Origin: Candidatus Latescibacterota bacterium
Lineage (GTDB): Bacteria > Latescibacterota > UBA2968 > GCA-2709665
Direction of reading: 5' to 3'
Length of the DNA: 64,000 nt
NCBI GenBank assembly: GCA_965248435.1
Contig: OZ252100.1
Span: forward strand, 544,001-608,000
In this document: piece by piece, positions 1-8,751 of the stretch
Layout of the letters: each line of letters starts with the position of its first letter
How positions within the stretch are numbered: the first letter of the stretch is position 1
Translations under genes and position numbers: made by a program
Notes under the pieces: generated by a model
What the model was told of the DNA's origin: nothing
Databases searched by the model: none
The model's input: only the letters and a program-made list of their open reading frames with translations

Positions 1-2
1 TC

Positions 3-2678
3 CTCAGCTACTACAGCACAAGCCTTCTGTCTTATATGTACTTAGGCACCGCGTTCGTCCTCATCGTCGCGTCGCTCGCCTTTGGAGCCGTAGCAGGGCG
101 GATTCCGATCCATCGATTGATCATTCGGGCCTGCGTTGTCCTCCTGATATTGGTTCTCGGGCTGCGCGTGGCCCTGGAGAGTGACTGGGGCGGGTTCAGG
201 ATCGCGGCATACGTCCTCAGCGATCTCCTTGTCAACATCCCCATGCTGCTCTTCTGGAGTTTCGCCGCCCTCGCGTTCAACCCACGGGAAGCAAAACGTC
301 TCTTCGGGTTCATCGGCGCCGGAGGCACCGCTGCGTGCATTCTGGCTGGATTCGTCGTTCGGCCGCTTGCTTCACAGTTCGGAACGCCCAACCTCCTGAT
401 CATCGTCGCCTTGCTGATTGCGGGATTTATGGTTTCTGTAGCCAGGGTTTCGAAATCGGAAGCGTCCGGACCCACGTCTGCAACGCCTGGCAGCCGAACA
501 GGAAAGCGTCCTTCTCACCTCAGCTACTACATCGGCCTCCTTAAAACGGCTCAAATCCGCGGTATGGTCCTGCTGGTCGCTTCCGCGACCGTGGCCTTGA
601 CGGTCGTGGACTATCAGTTCAAGGCCGGCGCACGCCTGCACTTCGAGGGTGCGGAACTCGCAGGATTCTTCGGAAATTTCTACGCCATCGCGAGCATCGT
701 CGCCCTGCTGCTCCAGCTCTTTGTGGTCCACCGCATCCTTCAGGTCGGCGGCGTCATGCTTGGCCTGTCCCTGCTGCCCTGCGGACTCTTTCTCACAACG
801 GTCGGCACCACCGTATTCGGGGAGTTCTCGTGGATGGTCTCCGCAAAGTTCATGGTCCAGATCCTCTCCTTCACGGTTGACGGTGCCGCACTTCAGATGC
901 TCTACCTTGGCATCGCCAAGCAGTCTCGCAGCCAGGCCCGTGCCTTCGTAGAGGGGATCGGAAAGCCGGTGGCCATTGCCCTGACCGGCGCCGCGTTGGT
1001 CGGGACGGTAAAGGTTGTCCCCTTACACATTCTGGCCGTGGGCGGGGCCATCTTCTCTGTCTGCTGGTTCGTTTTGGTGCGTCGCAACTCCGTGGCCTAT
1101 GTCTCTGCCCTTGTCGATTCCATCGGCGCAGGGCGTCTGGACCTCTCACAGGAGACTTCGGCATTTCACGATAAGACATTCGAGACTCACGTTCGGCTGG
1201 CACTGTCCTCGGCGAAGGACGACGAGGTGCCCTATCTTCTGGATCTGCTCCCTGAAATAGGAGACGTGGACTGGACGCCGGAATTTCGGACATTGCTTAA
1301 GCGTGACGATCCGGATGTCAAAATCGCGGCCATCGGCTACCTCACGCAGCACGCGGACGAACAGGACCAGAACGTCCTCCTGATGCTGACGCATCACGAG
1401 GACCCGAGAGTTCGTTCTTCCGCGATCCATGCCTCGGCCCGGATGGCCGAGCAGGAGGCCCTCGACGAAATCAGTCAAAGTCTCATAGACCCCCATCCCC
1501 AGGTCCGGGGAGCTGCCGCTGCGGCATTGATCAACAGCGGGGACCTGGATAGCCTTCTTGGCGCGGGCGTAGTCCTCAAAGAAATGCTTGGCTCCCAGAG
1601 AGTAGAGGATCGGGAGGCGGCCGCAGATACCCTGGCCCACATCCGGATCGGTGGCCTGAGCCGTCCGCTGATCGGCCTGCTCCAGGATTCTGAAACCGTG
1701 GTGAAACGACGCGCCCTCGAAGCCTGCAAGCGGCGCCCTGACGCCAAATTGATCCCTGTGGTCATTCCCATGCTTGCGGACCCCTATTTAGCCCCCGAGG
1801 CTGCCGACACCCTAACCGCCTTCGAGTCAGATATCCTTGACCATCTTATTCCCTACATCCAGCTTTCTGGCATGGATGGCGCATTTACCGGGTCATTCCG
1901 GGTACCTGAGATCCTTTCTCGAATCGGGGATCTCAGCTCAATTCCAGCCCTGCTCCAGGCGTGCGAGGCGCCCGATTTGTACCTGAGAAAAGAGGCCATC
2001 GGGGCCTACTGCCGCCTGGTGCAGTCTGCACCCTCTCTCAAGCCTTACGTGCCGGATCTTCAAAGGATCGCCAATCGGGAAGTTGCGGCGGCCAGGAATC
2101 GCCAACAGACCCTTCACCAGCTTATGGAAGCTCAGGAGGCCACAGTCCTGCGAGACGCCCTGCGCGCCGAACTCAACGCCCACCTTCAAAACGTTTTCAC
2201 GCTACTCGATACCTCGACTCCGGACGTGAACATGCAGACGATCTACCTCAGCCTGACCCGCGGGACCCCGGAAAGCCGTGCGAATGCCCTCGAGGTTCTT
2301 GACAATGTCCTGGAGGGAGACCTTAAGGGCGGTCTGCTGAGCCTGCTCGAGTCGACCGATACGAAGCCGCCCACTCGAACCACACCTGCCAGGATCTATC
2401 TTTCTCTTCTGGAGGATGAAGCGCCGGAATGGGTGACCGCCGGGGCCCTTTATGCCGCCACTGAAGAAGAGACTGGAGTGGCGGGTGACGTAGCTCGCAA
2501 GTTTCTCTCCCACGACAGTGCAGTCGTGAGAGAAACCGCGCTTTTCGCCATGAGTGAGCTGACCGGCAAAGACGAGCTTCACGATTCGGCGTCCGAGCTG
2601 ATGCAAGATCCGGACCCGCTCGTTCGGCGGCTGGCTGCCTCCCTGACATCGACGGGTGAAGGAGGACGTCAGATTTGA
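3..2678 (+). CDS. NTT/Npt (TLC ATP/ADP-transporter-like) MFS domain fused to HEAT repeats; 5'-truncated by the window edge
   Basis: Frame is open from base 3. About 10 hydrophobic segments with NTT-like motifs (FNPREAKRLFGFIGAGG, VVDYQFK, FFGNFY, SQARAFVEGIGKP), then HEAT-like repeats (DPRVRSSAIHA, HPQVRGAAAAAL, DPLVRRLAA). Confidence 0.85.
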   Translation, partial: LSYYSTSLLSYMYLGTAFVLIVASLAFGAVAGRIPIHRLIIRACVVLLILVLGLRVALESDWGGFRIAAYVLSDLLVNIPMLLFWSFAALAFNPREAKRLFGFIGAGGTAACILAGFVVRPLASQFGTPNLLIIVALLIAGFMVSVARVSKSEASGPTSATPGSRTGKRPSHLSYYIGLLKTAQIRGMVLLVASATVALTVVDYQFKAGARLHFEGAELAGFFGNFYAIASIVALLLQLFVVHRILQVGGVMLGLSLLPCGLFLTTVGTTVFGEFSWMVSAKFMVQILSFTVDGAALQMLYLGIAKQSRSQARAFVEGIGKPVAIALTGAALVGTVKVVPLHILAVGGAIFSVCWFVLVRRNSVAYVSALVDSIGAGRLDLSQETSAFHDKTFETHVRLALSSAKDDEVPYLLDLLPEIGDVDWTPEFRTLLKRDDPDVKIAAIGYLTQHADEQDQNVLLMLTHHEDPRVRSSAIHASARMAEQEALDEISQSLIDPHPQVRGAAAAALINSGDLDSLLGAGVVLKEMLGSQRVEDREAAADTLAHIRIGGLSRPLIGLLQDSETVVKRRALEACKRRPDAKLIPVVIPMLADPYLAPEAADTLTAFESDILDHLIPYIQLSGMDGAFTGSFRVPEILSRIGDLSSIPALLQACEAPDLYLRKEAIGAYCRLVQSAPSLKPYVPDLQRIANREVAAARNRQQTLHQLMEAQEATVLRDALRAELNAHLQNVFTLLDTSTPDVNMQTIYLSLTRGTPESRANALEVLDNVLEGDLKGGLLSLLESTDTKPPTRTTPARIYLSLLEDEAPEWVTAGALYAATEEETGVAGDVARKFLSHDSAVVRETALFAMSELTGKDELHDSASELMQDPDPLVRRLAASLTSTGEGGRQI

Positions 2679-3139
2679 TTACCGTCCAGAAGATCCTCTT
2701 CCTCAGGAACGTGCCCCTGTTTTCCGGTATGCCTCCGGCCGAACTTCGTCACCTTGCAGGCATCGCCGAAGAGGTCGTCTATTCTGCGGGGGAACCGATT
2801 ATAACCGGCGGTGAGCACGGGGATACGATGTTTCTGATCGTGGAAGGGGAAGTTCGAATTCACCGTGACCAAGAAGAGTTGGCCATCCTGAAGCAAAAGG
2901 CCTATTTTGGAGAGATGAGCATCCTGGACGGCGAACCGCGATCTGCATCCGTGTCTGCTGTCACGGACTGCCTCCTCCTCCGAATCAGCCAAACGGATTT
3001 CTATGACATCCTCTCCCGCCATTTCGAGGTCGCGATGACCATCATCCGAACGCTCACGCAGCGGCTGCGCGAGTCGCAAGCGGCATCTATGAACCCTACG
3101 CCAGAGGAAACGGTGGCCAATGAGCAAGATCCAGCATAA
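2675..3139 (+). CDS. stand-alone cyclic nucleotide-binding domain protein
   Basis: FLRNVPLFS...GDTMFLIVEGEV...FGEMSILDGEPRSASV cNMP signature. TTG start overlaps the upstream stop, with GGAGG upstream. Confidence 0.9.
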   Translation: MITVQKILFLRNVPLFSGMPPAELRHLAGIAEEVVYSAGEPIITGGEHGDTMFLIVEGEVRIHRDQEELAILKQKAYFGEMSILDGEPRSASVSAVTDCLLLRISQTDFYDILSRHFEVAMTIIRTLTQRLRESQAASMNPTPEETVANEQDPA

Positions 3140-5613
3140 GACCGCATACGCAGCCCTCGCCCTACCTTGCCTTCTCTTATTCTGTGATCTGGCGTGGGGC
3201 CAAGCTGCCTATCCCGATTATGCAGCGACGAGTGGACCACAGGCCTTTTCCACCCCCTCGCCCCACCGTGGCCTTTCCAAGACCAGGCAGCTCCTCAACA
3301 GCGTTGCCGCTCAGGTCTCGCTCTTCCTGAACTATCAGGAAAGCCAGGCTTCGGACAGAACCTGGAAGACAGAAGGACTTCCCGGACTTTCGGGGGCCCG
3401 TTATTTCACCAAATCGGTGGGCGGTGGAACCTACAGGACCGTCGAAGCGGCCATCTTGCCAGACCCGAAGGGGGGATACGAACTCTACTTCTATGGAACC
3501 GAGACCTACGCGGACCGTAGTCAGGCCCCGAACCCCGACCTGGCCACCATCCAGACAAGCGTGCAGACCTTGGTGCAAGGCGTTAGGACAAAACTTGAAT
3601 CGCCAGGGATGCAGGACCTTGGATACCAGGTTTACCACCTCAGCTACCTTCAAACCGACAGAGCCATCGCCCTGCTCAAATCGCTTGGCTTCACTACGAT
3701 CGAGTACAGCCAGCAGGCCGGCGAAACCGCCAACGACCGTATTTATGCTCCCATCCAGAACGGCCAGTGGCGCCTGCCCGTCATCGTCAAGATGATTGAT
3801 GCGACCAAAACCAGTCTGATGGACCCCGCACCGGCAGCGGGCGGATATGGCGGCCAGCAACAACAAGGTTACGGACAGACCTACTCGGCGGTTCCCGACA
3901 TCGGGGGCACGTTCCTCCATCAGATGACTTCAGGAGAGCCCCAGCAGCGCGTCCTTATTATCTACAACAAGAACGACCCCGAACCCATGGAATCCCTCCT
4001 CAATCTGTTGCGGGAAAAGATCGATGTGCCGGCGCGCCAGATCGTCATCGAGGCCCTGGTCATCGAAATCAATACCGATCGATTGAAGGACATCGGGATG
4101 TCGATCCGTGCAGGAAAGGATGATTACGACATCTCATTTGAAGAGGACCAGGCCGGCAACGCCCTGCCGTTCACCTTTACGTTCGACCGGAATCGCTTCG
4201 GAGACATCCTCTTCTTCAGGAACAGCCTGAGGGCATTGATCTCATCAGGAGATGCGGAGCTCCTCTCGAGTCCATCCGTCCTCGTCCTGGACGGTCGTCA
4301 GGCGCGTATCCAGGTGGGCCAGCAGGTCCCCGTGGTCAAATCTACCGCAACCTCGGCCGGCATTACCTCCTCGGTCGACTACTTCCCTGTGGGAATCGTC
4401 TTAAATCTTCGCCCGCGTATCAGTGAAGACGGCACTGACATCACGATGCAGGTGGAGACGATCGTCAGCGCGGTCAATCAAGCCGCCTCGGGACAATCCG
4501 GTGACGTATTCTTTGCACCCACAGTCGACAACCGTCAGGTCCAGACCTTCGTGCGCGTGGCGGATAATACGCCCTTCATCATCGGGGGCTTGATTTCGAC
4601 GAACAAACAGGAGAAGAATGTGGGCATCCCCATCCTCTCTCAAATCCCGATCCTCGGTCTCCCCTTCCGACGCAAGGTCATCGACAACGAGAAGAAGGAA
4701 GTCATCGTCGTCCTCACGCCTCACGTGGTGCCCCTTGAGGAGAAGAGCTTCAGCTACGTTATCCCGAAAGATTCGGACATATTCAACGCCTTCGGCTACA
4801 AACTGTTCAGAAACGCTTACCGGATTCGCGACGACGACGTCTTCGACCTGAGGTTCGTCTACGAGAGCGACATCTATTCGAACCTGCTCACTACTATCCT
4901 GCTGGAAACCGAAGCAGATATCATGCTCAAGAAGGAGGAGCCTTTCGCCTCTCTCGCGGAAGGGGCAGTACCTGGGGAAGAGATCCTGGTCCGGCGGATG
5001 CTCTGGGAAGTCATTTTCAAGACCGACTTTACTCAATACATCGACGTAGAGCGCATGATCCTGCTGGAAGACAAACCGGCCGCACCCGACAGCAGCGGGT
5101 TTCAGATCGCATTACTGAACAACCTGTTGGGCCTTCGAGATCAGAATAAGCAGAACACCCTGCGCCTGAGCTTCGAGGCACGGCCGCGCGGCACACCCAA
5201 ACACCCCTTTGTGCCCCCCAAATCCGAGATCACCTTCCAGAACATCCCTTCTCCAGACGACTATATCTCGGAGCTGATGAAGGGAAACAAGCGCCTGCCC
5301 GACGGACGCCCCGATCTCTGGACCATCCTGCTCTCGGATCTAAACCCACGCGGCGTCCGCGGGGCGACGGCCCTCAAGGTCCTGCAGGGCGTAATGGTCC
5401 TAAAGCGCGTCCTCGCGCTCAACACGACCATGCCGCTGACGATCAAGGAGTTCCGCGTGGGCCGGCAGATCATCTTCCCGACCGAACAGGACCTGAAGCA
5501 GCGACGCGGCCCGGTTCTTCTACGAAGTGATCCAGTACTATCCCGAATTCGAAAAGGCCTTCAGCCGTGAGATGCGCGCTGCCCAGAATCTCCTCGGGGC
5601 AACCAACTGGTAA
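3120..5613 (+). CDS. atypical secretin (GspD/PilQ family) with long C-terminal extension; frameshift or small deletion near 5500
   Basis: Signal peptide; N3-like domain ending IDVPARQIVIEALVIE; secretin motifs SSPSVLVLDGRQARIQVGQQVP, GIVLNLRPRI, TPFIIGGLI, GIPILSQIPILGLPF, KEVIVVLTPHVV. The track ORF stops at 5570, but a more protein-like tail (DAARFFYEVIQYYPEFEKAF...NW) runs to 5613 in another frame. Confidence 0.85.
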
Positions 5614-5654
5614 CGGCCGTCGTTGTTGGATCGCAACCCCACGGAATTCGGAAC

Positions 5655-5672
5655 TGTTGCAAGCGAGCAACA
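5655..5672. promoter_or_regulatory. candidate enhancer (bEBP) site TGTTGC-N6-GCAACA
   Basis: Perfect inverted repeat about 100 bp upstream of a sigma54-like element, separated from it by an AT-rich tract. Confidence 0.45.
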
Positions 5673-5768
5673 AATGGGGACAAAATTCACACTTTCGCCC
5701 CCATTTTCATTCTCAAGAATTCTCACTATCTCATTGATAATAAATCAATTGTCGCATTCACGTCCTTG

Positions 5769-5783
5769 TGGCACGCCCTTTGT
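5769..5783 (+). promoter_or_regulatory. sigma54-like -24/-12 promoter
   Basis: TGGCAC-GCCCT-TTGT versus consensus TGGCAC-N5-TTGC, about 50 bp upstream of the 5832 start. Confidence 0.55.
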
Positions 5784-5831
5784 TTAGGTATCCTACAGTC
5801 GAGCCGGAACCGTTTCTACAGGAGGAGGCCT

Positions 5832-6752
5832 ATGAAGCATCTATTCATGATTCTTGTGTCAGCACTCGTCGTTTTCTCGTCTCAGATCTGCGAAGCAGAT
5901 CAAAGGGACGACACCGTTCACCTTCAAGGCGCGGGCCAGACCTCCATGTTTTACGGCCTCGACGCCAATCCCGACGCGTACATCTATGTCGCGTCACCGG
6001 GGGCGGTCCTGGATGCACTCCCGGGCGAATGGCCCGGCGTCCGGATTCCGCAGGCACAGGCCTGGCCGGTCGTGCCGCCCGTTCTGAGAGACAAACCCTC
6101 TCCGATGTGGCCGGATCAAAGCGACATCGTGATGGACGAGTCCCCAAACCTCAGCTCCCTGAACGGCCTGAGCGGTTACTTTTCGAGTGCTACGGGTGGG
6201 TTTGGTTTCAGGTTCGGATATGACAGGCGCGTGACTCCTGTAACGCGCCTGACCGCAGGTATGGAATTCCTCACATACGGTTTCCAGCAGGCCCTAAAGC
6301 GTCTGGGTTCTGACATGCCCGCCGGCGTGACCCGCGTTACGCTCGTATCGATTCCCGTGGGTCTACAGCGCCAGTTCCGGCAGAACGGCCGCGTCGTGCC
6401 TTTCGTCGGTCTTGGTGCCGGCCCGTACTTTCGGTTCGACCACCAGACCGTCTCTAGGGGCTACTACCCTGGAGGCATGAGTTTCTCCGCTGGCTCGAGC
6501 TATCTCAGGAATGGCGGTCAAAGCAATGCCCTGGGACTCGGAATCGGGCTCCCGTTCGAGGGCGCACCCACGATTTCTGCCACCCTTGGCGGCTACGTTG
6601 GCTCCGGGTTAGACATCCGCGTTGGAGCGGACCAGGATTTCGCCATCACTCTGGATGGCAGATACACGCTCGCCCGATTTACGGAGGCCCTGGGTTCTCC
6701 CGGCGATCTCAGCGGCTTCTCTCTGGGCATTGGTTTCGGAAGGTATTTCTAA
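5832..6752 (+). CDS. outer-membrane beta-barrel protein (OmpA/OmpW-like barrel) with N-terminal extension
   Basis: AGGAGG then ATG at 5832; signal peptide; amphipathic strands (PFVGLGAGPY, GGYVGSGLDI, FAITLDGRY); C-terminal GIGFGRYF. Confidence 0.75.
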   Translation: MKHLFMILVSALVVFSSQICEADQRDDTVHLQGAGQTSMFYGLDANPDAYIYVASPGAVLDALPGEWPGVRIPQAQAWPVVPPVLRDKPSPMWPDQSDIVMDESPNLSSLNGLSGYFSSATGGFGFRFGYDRRVTPVTRLTAGMEFLTYGFQQALKRLGSDMPAGVTRVTLVSIPVGLQRQFRQNGRVVPFVGLGAGPYFRFDHQTVSRGYYPGGMSFSAGSSYLRNGGQSNALGLGIGLPFEGAPTISATLGGYVGSGLDIRVGADQDFAITLDGRYTLARFTEALGSPGDLSGFSLGIGFGRYF

Positions 6753-6773
6753 CCTCCACCTCCTTAATCAGAC

Positions 6774-6806
6774 AAGCGGCGCAGGAGCTGGGCTCCTGCG
6801 CCGCTT
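6774..6806 (+). terminator. intrinsic terminator hairpin
   Basis: AAGCGGCGCAGGAGC-TGG-GCTCCTGCGCCGCTT perfect 15-bp stem just after the OMP stop. Confidence 0.8.
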
Positions 6807-6906
6807 TCATTTGACCGCTCACGCCCGTTGGCAATTCACCTGGACAAGAGGTGAGGCTGCGTAGCCGGTTTGCGGTACCCGTGCTTTGCTTTTCCGTTAG
6901 CCTATC

Positions 6907-7962
6907 TCAACGAGATACGGGCTTTCCAATTCGTGCGTGAAAGGCCCTGAGCTGAATCCCTGGAAGCACCGCTTCCCAACTGGCGAGCATCTCCTCCACT
7001 TCAGGGCCGACTCGGGCTGTCGTCTTGGATAGCGTAACGAAGAGCTCAGCCAGACGCGATCTTTGATTTTGATCCGCGTTTTGCCAGGCGAGCTGAGCCC
7101 GTTCCGCCAGTTCCCGGATCCGAATCATATCCATGGTCCCCAGGATGGAGACCACCAGGCGGTTCACCTGCTCGTAATTCTCATCTTCTTCGAGGAGACA
7201 ACTCAGAATGGCGTCCATCAGTCGCGACGAAACGCCCTCCTCCTCAATCCGCGACTCGAGGACGCCCACCAGCACTCGCTTCCTCTCGCGGCGCCTGATC
7301 CCAGACCAGATCGCGTCATAAGTTCGTGTGACCTCCTCGTCGACACGAATGAGGCAATCGAAGAGTACCTCCTGAGGGAAGACACGAAGGAGAGGCAAGA
7401 GTCTTGAATCGTCGTCCAGCTCATCGGCCATCAAACACGAAATCACCGCCCCCACCATGCCGGGATCTTCGCCAAGCCGTCTAAGGACACAAGCTTCCAC
7501 CGACGGGGCCGCCCCCTTGAGATAGAGGCGCACGAGGGACTGCAGGCCTTTTTCGGAAGCGGGCACGCTGAGAACGGCCTCCGTGGCGACCCCGGGGTAG
7601 CCGTGGCGCAATAGCGAATGCGCGATTTCTGTATCCTTCAACGCGAACGTGATCGCCTTGACCACGATCGGGTCTCTCTCCTCAGATGCGCACGTCTTGA
7701 GGACCTCTGCGATCTCGAAAAAGGTCTCTACCGCGCCGTGAAATCCGAGCACCTGTGCAGCGGTTGCACGCCACGCAGGGTGTTCGGCGTGCTTAACATA
7801 ATCGCAGAGAACGTGCGCAGTCCGCTGGCGCATCGGGAGACGTTTCAGTTCAGACACGGCCCGCATCCGCAGGACCGCGGGACCCGCCTCAGAAGCGTTA
7901 CGAACAAGCTCCAGGGTTGCATCCTCGGAAGCGGCCTCTTTCTGAAGCTCAGGAGTAATCAA
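6907..7962 (-). CDS. hypothetical all-helical (HEAT-like) protein
   Basis: 351-aa ORF 10 bp downstream of the RR gene; HEAT-like segments (HPAWRATAAQVLG, ERDPIVVKAITFAL). Confidence 0.6.
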   Translation of the reverse strand: MITPELQKEAASEDATLELVRNASEAGPAVLRMRAVSELKRLPMRQRTAHVLCDYVKHAEHPAWRATAAQVLGFHGAVETFFEIAEVLKTCASEERDPIVVKAITFALKDTEIAHSLLRHGYPGVATEAVLSVPASEKGLQSLVRLYLKGAAPSVEACVLRRLGEDPGMVGAVISCLMADELDDDSRLLPLLRVFPQEVLFDCLIRVDEEVTRTYDAIWSGIRRRERKRVLVGVLESRIEEEGVSSRLMDAILSCLLEEDENYEQVNRLVVSILGTMDMIRIRELAERAQLAWQNADQNQRSRLAELFVTLSKTTARVGPEVEEMLASWEAVLPGIQLRAFHARIGKPVSR

Positions 7963-7972
7963 AGTCGACCTT

Positions 7973-8641
7973 TCAGTTCGCCGAACCGGTCTCGCGACTC
8001 AGATCCAGCATTTCGACGCCCTCTAGATACGCCGTGCCCCCCCAGGAGGCCAGCTTGGAGATCCGCTCCAGAACCTCCTTCACTCTCTGGCACGAATCCG
8101 AAATTCTCTCCAGTGCTTCCAGCCCCTCAGGATGTTCGCCCAGAAAACCCCTGAGCCTGAGGAGATCTGCGCTGCCCAGGATCACCATAAGGGGGTTGTT
8201 GATTTCGTGGTTGGCGGAGACGATCGTTGCCAGTACGCCCCTGAGTCGCTCGTTCTCCTGCCAGGAGAAGAAGTTCCGGAGTCTGTAGCGCAGGATCTGT
8301 ACCCTGTCCGGCCTCAGAATATCCTTGCTCATGTAGTCGACCACGCCTTCGCTCAGACCTTTTTCTTCGTCAGCGAGCGTGTCCTTCACCGTCAAGAAGA
8401 TTACGGGAATGTTGGAGGTGCGGTCTTCCGAACGGATACGCTCGAGGACTTCGTACCCGCTCATGCCGGGCATATGCACATCGAGCAGGACCAGGTCGGG
8501 GATTTCGGTCCGCAGCAGTTCCAGGGCCCCCGGCCCTCGGTCGGCCGTCAAGACTCGGTAGCCCTCCTCCGAAAGCACGGGCTTCAGGTAGATCACTGTG
8601 GAGGGATCATCGTCTACGATCATCACAATTTTTTCAGCCAA
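7973..8641 (-). CDS. response regulator receiver fused to a HisKA-like dimerisation domain (no HATPase)
   Basis: VMIVDDD...PDLVLLDVHMPGMSG...PVIFLT receiver, then ANHEINNPL H-box. TTG start at 8641 with GAGGAGG RBS. Confidence 0.85.
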   Translation of the reverse strand: MAEKIVMIVDDDPSTVIYLKPVLSEEGYRVLTADRGPGALELLRTEIPDLVLLDVHMPGMSGYEVLERIRSEDRTSNIPVIFLTVKDTLADEEKGLSEGVVDYMSKDILRPDRVQILRYRLRNFFSWQENERLRGVLATIVSANHEINNPLMVILGSADLLRLRGFLGEHPEGLEALERISDSCQRVKEVLERISKLASWGGTAYLEGVEMLDLSRETGSAN

Positions 8642-8751
8642 GGATAGGCACCTCCTCGTTCGTTGGTTGGAAATCAGATAAAATCGCATCTCGTATCCAA
8701 AGCAATCTCATCAGCGGGATGCCTCCAACGAGATACGAGATATGTTCCCTT

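Noticed and set aside
2-531. Repeat CCTCAGCTACTACA at about 2-15 and 518-531
   Set aside because: Both copies are in-frame LSYY codons within one gene; this is coincidence or codon bias.
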